64,000 nucleotides of DNA from positions 13,883 through 77,882 of the forward strand of contig JBEEHV010000005.1 in the NCBI GenBank assembly GCA_041167585.1, written 5' to 3'. Positions 8,635-18,389 of the stretch are shown here, piece after piece. How positions within the stretch are numbered: position 1 is the stretch's first letter; each line of letters opens with the position of its first letter. The position numbers and the translations under genes were made by a program. Source of the DNA: Verrucomicrobiota bacterium. GTDB taxonomy: Bacteria > Verrucomicrobiota > Verrucomicrobiia > Chthoniobacterales > UBA10450. Below the pieces are notes generated by a model. That model worked only from the letters and a program-made list of their open reading frames with translations, was not told the DNA's origin and did not search any database.

Positions 8635-9270
8635 ATGGCTGAAACATCCACTCCCAACGCCGGCGGAACGGCGCCGCCGAAGGACGAAGTCGAATTACTC
8701 GAGATCCTCCGGCTCCTGATTGACTCGAGGAAAGCGCGGACCACCGCCGACCTTCTTAAGTACGCTTCGCAGTACGGTGCGCCCGAAGCGGAAGAGCGTC
8801 TCCGAATGCTGGAGGCCGAAAACGTGCCGCTGGACCTCGCGTTCGATGCCATCAGCGTGCAGCTCCGCATTATTGCCCACAAACGTAGCAGCGCACTCCT
8901 GGCCGAATGCCGCGGACAGAAAGTGGGACTGATCCTTCCGCTCCCACCGGACCTGACAAAGCTCTTCGCGCCTACGGCCGAAGTAGCGTTCCTCCTCCCG
9001 GAAGAAGCGGCGATGCATGGGCCACTCCACGGATTTTCCAGCTCACCGATTAAGGGCGCTCGCGCCTGCCGCGCGGCCGCGCAGGAAATGAAGGCGCTCG
9101 TGTTCGAGGCCTTTCGAGAGGGCGGCGAATTCTTCGTGGATGTAGCCGTGGCCGACGTGCTCGAGCCCAAATTGCTGCCCGCAGGTATCCGCTTGATTGC
9201 GCATCTCCGGCCGCATCGCAATCCCCGCGATGTGGCCTTTCAGCCCGGTTCCGCGGTTTCGTTCATATGA
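8635..9270 (+). CDS. hypothetical protein (211 aa)
   Basis: ATG at 8635 in the frame of ORF 8404..9270. Its stop overlaps the next start as ATGA (9267-9270), indicating translational coupling. Composition is more protein-like than the 363-aa antisense ORF. Confidence 0.55.
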   Translation: MAETSTPNAGGTAPPKDEVELLEILRLLIDSRKARTTADLLKYASQYGAPEAEERLRMLEAENVPLDLAFDAISVQLRIIAHKRSSALLAECRGQKVGLILPLPPDLTKLFAPTAEVAFLLPEEAAMHGPLHGFSSSPIKGARACRAAAQEMKALVFEAFREGGEFFVDVAVADVLEPKLLPAGIRLIAHLRPHRNPRDVAFQPGSAVSFI

Positions 9271-10709
9271 GATTCGCGCCGCGCTTCATCTTCCTCTTCC
9301 TTTTCGTCTTCCTCTTCGGAATCACTGAAGCATTCGCGGCGGGCGCACAGCCCGCTGACGCCGTTCTCATCGACCCGAACTCCTGGCAGGCGAGCTGGAG
9401 CGCCGGCGCGCTGATGTTGCTCCTGCTTTTCACTGCCTTCTACGCGATGACGCGCTACGAAGTGCCGCTCCCGCTGGCCATGAGTCTGGTTAGTTGTTCG
9501 TTCCTCGTCATCCAATGGGAAAACGCCCCCACGATTTTACGCACCGGATTCGAGCACTACGCTAACATCACGGTCCTTTTCACCGCCGTTGCCATCCCGG
9601 CGCATATGATCGAGCGGTCGCAGGGATTCAAATGGGTCGCCTCGTGGCTCGGCCATCAGCTCGGCAAAGTTCGCCTCCGGCATCCGCGCATGACCACGCC
9701 GCTTCTGGTCGTCATTCTCCTGGTCGCCACCTATGTCACCGCCGGATTGATGCACAACGTTACTTCAATCCTGATCATGACGCCGGTCATCATTAGGCTT
9801 TGCGCCTCGTATAACATACCTTCGCGTTGGATCCTGAGTGCCGCGCTCGTGGCCAGCAACCTCGGCGGATTTTCCACGCGCTGGGGTGACACGCCCAACA
9901 TCATCGAAGCGAAGACCTGGGGTCTGCAAGCCGGTGACTTTATGCGCGAAGTCCTGCCGGCTAATCTTCTTGTTCTCGCCGCGCTCATCCTTCTCGCGAC
10001 GGTTCTGACCCAACGCGGTATCACCAGCCGGAGCCGCGCGGTCGGTGCGGTCGCAGTACCGTTTTACACGCTGCAAGTCGCGCAGACCGCAGCGGATTGG
10101 AAGAAGGCGAAATCAGATCTGGCTATCGATATGCGGTTGCTCGGCATCGGCGTAGGTCTGTTGTTATTTTTCATTGTCCTCCACGTCATCTACCCAAAGC
10201 TCGATATCACCATCGGCGCGGCCACGATCGTTATCGCCATTTTGCTCGAGCGAAAAACCGAGCGTTACCATTCTCTCACCTCCCTGGGGTTTGACGTGTA
10301 TCTCACTTTCGCTGCCATCTTCGTGCTCGCCGGTTGTGTCTCCCATTCGTGGATCGGCGACACCCTGCATCACCTGCTCGCCTCGCAAACCAAGCCGTGG
10401 ATGATCGCGCTGACCGGCTATTTCGGCACGACCTTCACCGAAGCCGCCTCATGGGCAACGGCGGTTTCGGATCCTATCCATCAGCTCGACCCGTCCCATG
10501 CGGCGGCCTGGGCCCTGGGCGGAGGCATCTGCGCTGGAAGTAGCTCTTTGGTCACGGCGGCGTCGGCCGGAATTATCCTGGCGGAGGAGAGCCAGCGTTT
10601 CAACGAACCCGACCATGCCATTACTTTTCGCCGCTACCTCGCGTTTGGCCTGCCGTTCTCCTTTTTCATGCTTCTCTTCTACGCCATCTACTTCTCAGTG
10701 GGGCATTGA
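9267..10709 (+). CDS. polytopic membrane transporter, ArsB/NhaD (CitMHS-like) permease superfamily
   Basis: 480 aa with about 11-12 hydrophobic helices and two-lobed symmetry. Family assignment rests on overall pattern only (HNVTSILIMTPVIIRL, SNLGGFSTRWGDTPN). Confidence 0.7.
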   Translation: MRFAPRFIFLFLFVFLFGITEAFAAGAQPADAVLIDPNSWQASWSAGALMLLLLFTAFYAMTRYEVPLPLAMSLVSCSFLVIQWENAPTILRTGFEHYANITVLFTAVAIPAHMIERSQGFKWVASWLGHQLGKVRLRHPRMTTPLLVVILLVATYVTAGLMHNVTSILIMTPVIIRLCASYNIPSRWILSAALVASNLGGFSTRWGDTPNIIEAKTWGLQAGDFMREVLPANLLVLAALILLATVLTQRGITSRSRAVGAVAVPFYTLQVAQTAADWKKAKSDLAIDMRLLGIGVGLLLFFIVLHVIYPKLDITIGAATIVIAILLERKTERYHSLTSLGFDVYLTFAAIFVLAGCVSHSWIGDTLHHLLASQTKPWMIALTGYFGTTFTEAASWATAVSDPIHQLDPSHAAAWALGGGICAGSSSLVTAASAGIILAEESQRFNEPDHAITFRRYLAFGLPFSFFMLLFYAIYFSVGH

Positions 10710-10720
10710 TTCGTTAGGTC

Positions 10721-12526
10721 ATGCCTGAACAAGAGAAGTCCTTGCTCGGCGATGTCGGTTCCGTCTGGTCTCGGCGTAAACAAGTTTGGGGGCTGATCAC
10801 CCGAGCCGATAAGCTCGGGTTCCTCGGCGGGGTTGCCATCATGGCCCTCGCGGCCTACCTCGAAACCAGGATCGCGGTCCTGATCGGGCATTTTCTCAAC
10901 GATGTCCTTCGATTTGCCGGACGCCCCTTTCCCGAGTGGCAGCGCGTGGTCGTACGCGGCCTCCTCATCGTCATCGCCATCTACCTCATCAAGGAGTCCC
11001 TCGTGCTCCTGCGCCGTTGGCTCCTGACTCGCACTACCACCCGCATCGAACGCAACATGATGGTGCGCCTGGTGGGTCACCTCCTCAAGGTCGATCTCGG
11101 CGCCCTCGCCCGGGAACGGATCGGTTCGCTGCACGGCCGAATTTCCCGCAGCATCGAAGGCTTCGTAAAATTCCTTCGAGTGACCTTCAGCGATTTCCTG
11201 CCGGCCATTCTGCTGGCGGGCTTTGCGGTCGGCACCGCCGTTCAGGAAGAATGGCGCATTGGTTTAATCATGCTGGCCGTGGTGCCGATTTCGATCTTGA
11301 TCACGATCTGGCAGGTCACTTCCCAAAAGGGAATCCGGGCGGCGCTGCTCCATGCAAAGGAAGGTCTCGACGGCACCATCGTCGAGCAGCTCGGCGGACT
11401 CGAATATATCCGGGCCGCTAACACTTACCCGCTCGAAGTAGCACGGGTCGAGAGTGCCGCCGCATCGCGGCAAATGCGCGAGAAGAAGCATAGCATCGCG
11501 ATGGCTGGCTTCGATTGGTTGAAAGCGGTCAACGAAGGCTTGTTCCAGGTTATCGTGATTGGTTACGCCATTCTACTCGCCGCGCGTGGGGACATTCAGT
11601 TCGGCGCCATCCTCACCTTCTACAATCTTTTCGTGAAGGTGATGCAGCCGTTGAAGGAAGTGCACCGCATCCTTGATGAGACCTACGACAGCAGCATCCA
11701 GGTAAGTGTGCTTCTCCACATGCTCAATCAGCCCGTCGACCAGTCCTATGGAGTCGTGACTCTCCGCCCGCCCCGGCTGGACGGCAGCGTTCCTTTGTTG
11801 GAATGTCAGGACCTTGTCGTCAACTACGACAGTCCGAACGGGCCGCGCCGCGCCCTGGATGGTGTGACCCTTGCGATCCGCCAGGGTGAGACGATCGGCA
11901 TTGCCGGTCGCTCCGGTTCCGGCAAGTCTACCTGGCTCCGCTGCGTTTTGCGCCTGCTTCATCCCACGTCGGGCCAAGTGCTGCTTGGTGGAGTGCCCAT
12001 AGGTGTCCTCTCACGCGAAGACATCGGCCGGAGCATCGGCTACGTTAGCCAAACTCCCTTCGTTTTCTCGGGAAGCGTGCGTGAGAACATAGCTTACGGG
12101 TGTGGCGAGGTTACCCTCGAACAAGTCACGCAGGCAGCGCAACAGGCGCACATTCATGACGAGATTCTCGAGATGCCGAAGGGCTATGACAGCCCTTTGA
12201 ACGAGCGCGGCGGAAACCTCTCCGGCGGACAACGTCAACGCCTGGCCCTGGCCCGGATGTTCCTGAAGAACCCGCCTATCCTGATTCTCGACGAAGGAAC
12301 TTCCGCGCTCGATAACATCAGCGAGCGCCGCGTCCGGGCTGCGATCGACCACGCCCGGCATACTCATACGGTCATAATGGTCGCGCATCGCCTGACTACC
12401 CTCAACGAGACCGACTGCATCTTTGTTTTCGATCAAGGCCGTGTCGTCGAGCATGGAAGCTTCACCGATCTGGTGGCGAACGACGGCGTCTTTGCCGAGC
12501 TCGCTCGCAGTGCCGAGACCACCTGA
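10721..12526 (+). CDS. ABC exporter, fused permease + ATPase (MsbA/type-1 exporter-like)
   Basis: Six-helix TMD followed by Walker A GRSGSGKST, signature LSGGQRQRLALAR, Walker B ILILDEGTSALD and H-loop VAHRL. Confidence 0.9.
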   Translation: MPEQEKSLLGDVGSVWSRRKQVWGLITRADKLGFLGGVAIMALAAYLETRIAVLIGHFLNDVLRFAGRPFPEWQRVVVRGLLIVIAIYLIKESLVLLRRWLLTRTTTRIERNMMVRLVGHLLKVDLGALARERIGSLHGRISRSIEGFVKFLRVTFSDFLPAILLAGFAVGTAVQEEWRIGLIMLAVVPISILITIWQVTSQKGIRAALLHAKEGLDGTIVEQLGGLEYIRAANTYPLEVARVESAAASRQMREKKHSIAMAGFDWLKAVNEGLFQVIVIGYAILLAARGDIQFGAILTFYNLFVKVMQPLKEVHRILDETYDSSIQVSVLLHMLNQPVDQSYGVVTLRPPRLDGSVPLLECQDLVVNYDSPNGPRRALDGVTLAIRQGETIGIAGRSGSGKSTWLRCVLRLLHPTSGQVLLGGVPIGVLSREDIGRSIGYVSQTPFVFSGSVRENIAYGCGEVTLEQVTQAAQQAHIHDEILEMPKGYDSPLNERGGNLSGGQRQRLALARMFLKNPPILILDEGTSALDNISERRVRAAIDHARHTHTVIMVAHRLTTLNETDCIFVFDQGRVVEHGSFTDLVANDGVFAELARSAETT

Positions 12527-12557
12527 CAATTGGATAACCACTAACCGAAACAACCTG

Positions 12558-13613
12558 ATGAGCTCACGCCCTGTTATTTTCGTCTGGCCCGGAGACCTGC
12601 ACCTGGAATCAGCCGACCGCCCCAACTACAAGACGGCGCTCTGGATGGCGGATGAAGTTAACAACCTTATCCAGCCGGATTTCGTCCAGTTCGCAGGCGA
12701 CAACGTCCAACATGCCCGCGAGACCGAATGGGCGTTATTCAAGAACGTTACCGACAAGCTTCAGGTGCCTTTCCACGCCCTTGTGGGCGATCACGACGCC
12801 CACCACGATCCCGGTTGCCACAGCTACCAGGCACATATGGGTGCGACCTATCATGCCTACACGGTCGAGGGCTATCGCTTCATTTGTTTGAACACGATGC
12901 AGTATCGGCCGCTGGGCCTGAGCGATGAGCAAGTCCTCTGGTTTCGTTACGAAGTGGATGCCGCTCTGGTTCGCGGAGAGAAGATCGTCGTGTTCCAGCA
13001 TCATTATCCATTTCAGGTCTGGGAGGACTTTGCCGGTCCGGGCATCGTCGGATGGCGCGAAATCGTGCAAACCAGGCCGATTGTCGGACTCTTTGCCGGC
13101 CACACCCATTACGGCCAGATCGCTAATGACGGCCATCATGTTTATGTCGCAACGCGTTCCATCGGCGATCCAGAAGGCGGCCCGGCCGGTTACGCCATCG
13201 TCTATCTCGACGGCGAAGACCTCGCTCTTACTTATCGAAGTATGGAGGAGACCGGTCCCATTGCGCTGATTACTCACCCGCGTCGTCTTATTCTGGCGAC
13301 AAAGCCCGCTCACGTCCTGGCCGGCCCAATCGAAGCGCGCGTCCGCGGATGGTCCGCCGAGAAGATCGTCTCGGCCGAAGCTCGAATCGACGACGGCGCC
13401 TGGTCTTCGATGGAGGAGAGCGACGAGATGAACTGGAGCTTTCCTATCCCGGGGAATACCCTGGCGAAGGGCGAGCACACGCTCGAGGTCCGGCTGACGG
13501 ATGCCAACAAGGTCGAAGGGAAGGATCGCATCACTTTCCTTTGCGATCTGTCAGCCCGCTACAATCCTTATCCGATCGTCGAGCCAATCGTGCGGGAAAC
13601 CAAGTTCTGCTAA
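12558..13613 (+). CDS. calcineurin-like metallophosphoesterase
   Basis: Motifs: WPGDLHLE, FAGDNVQH, VGDHDAHHD, GHTHYG. ATG 12558 is in frame with ORF 12423..13613; the upstream part overlaps the ABC gene. Confidence 0.85.
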   Translation: MSSRPVIFVWPGDLHLESADRPNYKTALWMADEVNNLIQPDFVQFAGDNVQHARETEWALFKNVTDKLQVPFHALVGDHDAHHDPGCHSYQAHMGATYHAYTVEGYRFICLNTMQYRPLGLSDEQVLWFRYEVDAALVRGEKIVVFQHHYPFQVWEDFAGPGIVGWREIVQTRPIVGLFAGHTHYGQIANDGHHVYVATRSIGDPEGGPAGYAIVYLDGEDLALTYRSMEETGPIALITHPRRLILATKPAHVLAGPIEARVRGWSAEKIVSAEARIDDGAWSSMEESDEMNWSFPIPGNTLAKGEHTLEVRLTDANKVEGKDRITFLCDLSARYNPYPIVEPIVRETKFC

Positions 13614-13689
13614 GGCCGTTTACCCTGTTACTCTTCCGCGTCCCTCCCCTGTTTTCTTGCCAGTTACAAGCCATCTCATAACTAGCGCT

Positions 13690-13789
13690 GTCATTCTGAG
13701 CGAAGCGAAGAATCTCTGATCATTTCCAGGTTTCGTGCGATATGGAGCGGAGAAATCGTCAGAGATCCTTCGCGTTCGCTCAGGATGAC
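13690..13789. repeat. REP-like long hairpin element, copy 2
   Basis: GTCATTCTGAGCGAAGCGAAGAATCTCTGA ... TCAGAGATCCTTCGCGTTCGCTCAGGATGAC. It has the same architecture and the same two arm asymmetries as copy 1, with compensating changes in the arm centre. Confidence 0.8.
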
Positions 13790-13852
13790 AACCTTTAGGA
13801 TCATGAGATGGCTTGCAGTAACCGCCCGGACAACTGACGAGCCTCTTCAACA

Positions 13853-14794
13853 ATGACAAACGAACCGCCAAATGCCGCGGCTAAATCCCCGGTTCCTATT
13901 CTAATTCTCGGAATGGTGGCGGCAAATTTGATGGGAGGCGCAATGCTATTTGGAGTAACGCTTCTTCGATCGCGAGGTAGCGTTATTGAAGCCATCCTGT
14001 TTCCGAGCTTTATCCTCCTTCCCTTACTGATGGGGTTTGTAGCGGCCTGGTTCTGGCGGCGACTGGGGCGCAGTCTTTTGATCACGCTCCTCGATACACT
14101 CTGGACTTGCCTGCTCGGACTCGTGGTCGCTGCTTTTGTTCTGAAAGAAGGTCCGGTCTGTCTTATGATCGGCTTGCCTATTCATTACATTCTTGTCCTG
14201 ACCGGGGTCTTGTTGGGACGTCTCTGCTTCAGGTCCAGCTATACAAAGCTGCAGGTGTCCATTCTCCCTCTTCTCGTGTTGTTAACTTTCGCCGACGCTG
14301 TCTACATAGCTGACCGCCAGGCGATGGTATCCGACGAAATCCTTATCCGAGCCACCCCCGACAAGGTCTGGCCGCATGTTCTTTCCTTCCCTGAAATCCC
14401 GGACCGACCCGACTACTGGATCTTTCGCCTGGGTCTTCCTTATCCGACTCAAACTACCAATGGAGGGAACTTTGTCGGTGCGGATCGGCAATGCACCTTC
14501 AGCGATGGCATCGTGCTCAAGGAAAAGGTCGCTGAATTTATTCCGAACGAGAGGCTCACGTTCGATATCGTGGAGCAACCTACTCATCCAGAGGCTTACG
14601 GTCACATCACTTTGCATCGCGGACGATTCGAACTCCGAGATAACAAGGATGGAACCACAACCCTGGTAGGTTCGAGCTGGTACACCTTGCACGTCCATCC
14701 ATCCTGGTATTTCGATCTCTGGACGCGAGACATGACCCGCGCCGTGCATCTCCGGGTCATGAATCACGTCCGGCGCCTGGCGGAGAAGCAGTAG
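13853..14794 (+). CDS. membrane-anchored SRPBCC (START/polyketide-cyclase-like) domain protein
   Basis: Four to five N-terminal TM helices, then ATPDKVWPHVLSFPEIPDRPDYWIFRLGLPYP...ERLTFDIVEQP, typical of SRPBCC ligand-binding folds. Confidence 0.7.
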   Translation: MTNEPPNAAAKSPVPILILGMVAANLMGGAMLFGVTLLRSRGSVIEAILFPSFILLPLLMGFVAAWFWRRLGRSLLITLLDTLWTCLLGLVVAAFVLKEGPVCLMIGLPIHYILVLTGVLLGRLCFRSSYTKLQVSILPLLVLLTFADAVYIADRQAMVSDEILIRATPDKVWPHVLSFPEIPDRPDYWIFRLGLPYPTQTTNGGNFVGADRQCTFSDGIVLKEKVAEFIPNERLTFDIVEQPTHPEAYGHITLHRGRFELRDNKDGTTTLVGSSWYTLHVHPSWYFDLWTRDMTRAVHLRVMNHVRRLAEKQ

Positions 14795-14840
14795 TTTTGA
14801 CTGGCGGTACACGCCGCTTCGGAGTAAATGCGGGGTCCGC

Positions 14841-15776
14841 ATGAAAACGAACCCCATCATCGTCGAACGAGTCACCACCGATTCGAGACTCTTTGCCCAG
14901 ACGCGGTGGGACGCCATTCCGGTCGCGGCCGGCCTTCTGCACTGCGCCTATTTTTTCGGGATGTTTTACCTTTTCCCGCGAGCGCCGCTCTGGGTGATGA
15001 TCATCCTGGGCCTGATCTATTCGATCAGCATCTCGTGGAACATCAATGGCATCTCCCACAACTTCATTCACAACCCCTACTTCCGTTCTCCCGCCTTAAA
15101 TCGATTATTCAGCATCCTGGAGTCGATCACCGTCGGCTTCAGCCAGATCTTTTACGGGTGCATCCACATGCAGCACCACAAGGGTAATGCGGACCTGCCC
15201 GATGAGCATGGTGATACAGTGGACTGGATCTCCATTTACAAACACGGCCACGACGGGGCCCCGGAGCATCCGTTCAAGTACGCTTTTCTCAGCTTCTTCC
15301 GGGAAGATCCCAAGACGGTTTTCCTGGAACTGAAACGCAAGGACCCGCGCGAGGCTTTCTGGGGCGTCCTGGAGCTCACCTTGTTTGTCTCCACCTTCTT
15401 CATTCTCGGCTTCCTGAACTGGCGCTACATTTGTTTCCTTCTGCCGTTTTATTATTTCGGGCACAGCTTGTCTTACTTGAACGGGTTCTACCGGCATTAC
15501 GGCGGGAATCCGAACGAGCCGTTGGCCTGGGGCGTGAGCAGCTACGACAAGCTCTATAACTGGACCTGGTTCTATAATGGTTACCACGCCGAACATCATT
15601 TCCGGCCAAAGGTCCATTGGACGAGGATGCAGGCCTTTCGCGATCAGATTGTGGAGCAACAGCGCGCCGCTGGCGTGCGCGTCATCAAGCCTCCCCACGC
15701 GCTAGGTTTCCTCGATCCCGATCTGCCCCCTCACCCGCGCTCCGGCCGGATGCACGGAGAACCGCGACCGACTTAA
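14841..15776 (+). CDS. membrane fatty-acid desaturase family protein
   Basis: Three histidine boxes (HNFIHN, HMQHHKGN, HAEHHFRP) plus TM segments. Confidence 0.85.
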   Translation: MKTNPIIVERVTTDSRLFAQTRWDAIPVAAGLLHCAYFFGMFYLFPRAPLWVMIILGLIYSISISWNINGISHNFIHNPYFRSPALNRLFSILESITVGFSQIFYGCIHMQHHKGNADLPDEHGDTVDWISIYKHGHDGAPEHPFKYAFLSFFREDPKTVFLELKRKDPREAFWGVLELTLFVSTFFILGFLNWRYICFLLPFYYFGHSLSYLNGFYRHYGGNPNEPLAWGVSSYDKLYNWTWFYNGYHAEHHFRPKVHWTRMQAFRDQIVEQQRAAGVRVIKPPHALGFLDPDLPPHPRSGRMHGEPRPT

Positions 15777-15830
15777 AGCTTCGCGCGGAGCAGCGGGGAC
15801 CGCCGCAAGCGCCGTATTCATCGGCGCTGA

Positions 15831-17111
15831 TTACCTTATTGAAGTCTTACTAGTGCTGTCTCGTTGCTCTTTACCAGCTTCCAAAGGGCTGGAAGTAGCT
15901 TGATGAGCGGGCGGGCAAGCTGGGAGACGCAGACGGATGGTGGTACCTTTGCCAGGTTCACTCTGGATTTCCAGAGCTCCTTGGTGGCGCTTGATGATGC
16001 CGAAGACCATGGCTAGTCCCAGGCCGGTCCCACGATCTCCCTTGGTGGTGAAAAAAGGTTCGAGACAGCGCTCTCTCACTTCCCGAGTCATGCCTGTTCC
16101 CGTGTCGGTTACTGCCAGGGTTACGTAACCATCGGTCCGCTCTGTGCGCAACGTCACCACCCCTTCTTCTGGAATTGCATCCAACGCGTTAAAAATCAAA
16201 TTCGTCAGGACCTCGCGCAGTTCCGCGCCGATTCCCGCAACCATTACTCCTGCCTCGAAATCGGTCTGGAAAGAAACCGCTCTGTCGCTCGCCCGCTCGA
16301 CGCATCGCGGTCTGGCCAAGGCGATCGATTGGGTGATGATATCGCGTAGGTCGAGCGGCTCAAATACATCGGCCGCGCCGCGCGGGCGGTAAAAATCGCG
16401 CAACCGACTAACGACATGGGCGCCGTCTCGGCCCGCGGTGTTAATGATGCGCAAGTATTCGAGCGCGGTCGCTTCATCGGCGCGCGCGGCGGGATTTGAC
16501 AACAACATCTCGCTGTAGCCGATGACGGACATCAGGGCGTTGCTGAAATCGTGCACGACGCCGCCCGCCATTTCGCCGAAGGCGCTCAGGCGCTCCTGCT
16601 GCACGAGCTGGGTTTGGGCCGAGCGCAGCTCCGCCAGCGCGGTTTCGAGCTGGCAGGTGCGTTCACGCACGCGCGCTTCCAGGAATTGATTCTGCTCCCG
16701 AATCTCGAGCCGGAGGAATCGAGCCTGAACAAGATTTCGAATCCGCATGTTTACCTCGGAGGGATCGAACGGCTTGGTCAATAAATCGGTGGCGCCGGCC
16801 GCCAAGGCGCGACGTTTGTTTTCAACCGTTGGATCGCCGGTAAGAACGAGGATCGGAATCTGGTCTTCGCTTTGCCGATTGGCCCGCAAACTTTCGAGCA
16901 CTTGGAAACCGCTGACGTTGGGCATGGCCAGATCCAGGAGAATAAGATCCGGCTTGAAGCGTTCGATGGTCTGGAAAGTCAGCGCCGAATTGTTAATGCT
17001 TTCAAGGCGCGAGTAGCCGATGCGATGAAGAAAGTTCGTCATCAGGCAGGTGCTGGCGACTTCGTCATCCACCATCAGGATGTGGGCTTCCTTTAGCGTC
17101 GCTTCGTTCAT
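15831..17111 (-). CDS. hybrid response regulator-histidine kinase (REC + DHp + HATPase_c)
   Basis: REC: ILMVDDE..LILLDLAMPNVSG..TKP. H-box: VVHDFSNALMSV. N box: NLIFNALDA. G boxes: DTGTGM, GTGLGLAMV. Confidence 0.9.
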   Translation of the reverse strand: MNEATLKEAHILMVDDEVASTCLMTNFLHRIGYSRLESINNSALTFQTIERFKPDLILLDLAMPNVSGFQVLESLRANRQSEDQIPILVLTGDPTVENKRRALAAGATDLLTKPFDPSEVNMRIRNLVQARFLRLEIREQNQFLEARVRERTCQLETALAELRSAQTQLVQQERLSAFGEMAGGVVHDFSNALMSVIGYSEMLLSNPAARADEATALEYLRIINTAGRDGAHVVSRLRDFYRPRGAADVFEPLDLRDIITQSIALARPRCVERASDRAVSFQTDFEAGVMVAGIGAELREVLTNLIFNALDAIPEEGVVTLRTERTDGYVTLAVTDTGTGMTREVRERCLEPFFTTKGDRGTGLGLAMVFGIIKRHQGALEIQSEPGKGTTIRLRLPACPPAHQATSSPLEAGKEQRDSTSKTSIR

Positions 17112-17141
17112 AGAGAGCGGCTTTTCCGTGGGACAGAAAGC

Positions 17142-17531
17142 CTAGGCGGCTAAGAGTGGAGGAGTGAGACTGGCTATGGTAGCGAGGAGGAGCGACGGTT
17201 CCACGGGCTTGGCGAGAAATTTCATTCCTCCGCTCTCCATCGGACTGGTTCCCGCTTCCGCGTGGCTCACGAGTCCGGTCAGAAAAAGAACCGGAATATC
17301 GCGGAGCCGCGAATCCGTGGCTGCCTCGCGCGCGAGATCGCCGCCACACTTACCAGGCATGTCGACGTCCAGGAGCATGACGTCCGCGTGAAACTGAATC
17401 GCCGCGGCCAAAGCGCGCCGCGATTCGTTCACGATCATCACTTCGTATTTGCCGGAGTTTTCCAGGATCATCCCAGCCAGCCGAGAAAGATTTACGTCGT
17501 CATCCACAATCAGAACCCGTCTCTTGCTCAT
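17142..17531 (-). CDS. single-domain response regulator (REC)
   Basis: VLIVDDDVNLSRL, MLLDVDMPGKCG, FLTG, AKP. It lies 30 nt upstream of the hybrid kinase on the same strand. Confidence 0.9.
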   Translation of the reverse strand: MSKRRVLIVDDDVNLSRLAGMILENSGKYEVMIVNESRRALAAAIQFHADVMLLDVDMPGKCGGDLAREAATDSRLRDIPVLFLTGLVSHAEAGTSPMESGGMKFLAKPVEPSLLLATIASLTPPLLAA

Positions 17532-17709
17532 CCCGGTGATGGAGCAGGGTGCATGCGGGTAACGCTTGCGGGAATTACGGATGGAATCGCGGGGAGCTTC
17601 CTTTCTTTCCTCTTTTCTTCAGAGTCGATACAGTTGCCCGGACAAGGAGCGATCCTTGCGCCTGGCACTTCCAGATGAAGTCGATACCCAAACAATGTAG
17701 TCCGACCCG

Positions 17710-18363
17710 ATGAATCCGATCCGGGTGTTGCTCGTGGACGACCACGCGCTGGTCCGTGCTGGCATTCGTTCGCTCCTTGAAAAGATACCGGGAGTGGAAG
17801 TGGCGGGAGAGGCGAGTAACGGACGCGAGGCGCTAGAACTCGTTAGGTTGCATTTGCCGAATCTTGTCCTGATGGACATTGCCATGCGTGAGCTGGGCGG
17901 CTTGGAAACGCTGCCGCGAATCATCCGGGATTTCCCCAGTGTAAAAGTAGTGGTCCTTTCGGCGCACGCGAATGAGGAGTACGTAATTCGGGCATTACGC
18001 TCCGGCGCCTCGGGTTACATGCTCAAGGATGCGGCGACGGCCGAGCTGGAGCTGGTGATCAAATCCGTCGCCGAGGGCAAGACCTATCTGAGCCCATCGA
18101 TTTCCCGGCCGGTAATCGACAGTTATCTCCTGCGCGTAAGGGGCGAGGTCAGTCTTCTGGAACAACTCACCGCGCGGCAACGTGAAATTCTGCAAATGAT
18201 TGCCGAAGGAAAAAACACCAAGGAAATCGCGGGCGAGCTTGAGGTCAGCGTCAAGACCGTGGAGGCGCATCGCCTGCAACTCATGGCGCGATTGAATATC
18301 CACGACGTGCCCGGCCTGGTCCGGTACGCCATCAGATCCGGCCTGGTCTCGTCGGACACTTAG
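17710..18363 (+). CDS. NarL/LuxR-family response regulator
   Basis: REC: VLLVDDHALVRAGI, LVLMDIAMRELGG. LuxR HTH: LTARQREILQMIAEGKNTKEIAGELEVSVKTVEAHR. Confidence 0.9.
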   Translation: MNPIRVLLVDDHALVRAGIRSLLEKIPGVEVAGEASNGREALELVRLHLPNLVLMDIAMRELGGLETLPRIIRDFPSVKVVVLSAHANEEYVIRALRSGASGYMLKDAATAELELVIKSVAEGKTYLSPSISRPVIDSYLLRVRGEVSLLEQLTARQREILQMIAEGKNTKEIAGELEVSVKTVEAHRLQLMARLNIHDVPGLVRYAIRSGLVSSDT

Positions 18364-18389
18364 CAAGGCGCGAGAATGAAGGCATTACC

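Noticed and set aside
8130-9221. 363-aa minus-strand ORF, the longest ORF in this interval
   Set aside because: Its Arg/Ser/Ala-rich, low-complexity composition is typical of antisense frames in high-GC DNA. It overlaps the 3' end of the kinase gene. The plus-strand ORF (8635..9270) is translationally coupled (ATGA) to the transporter that follows.
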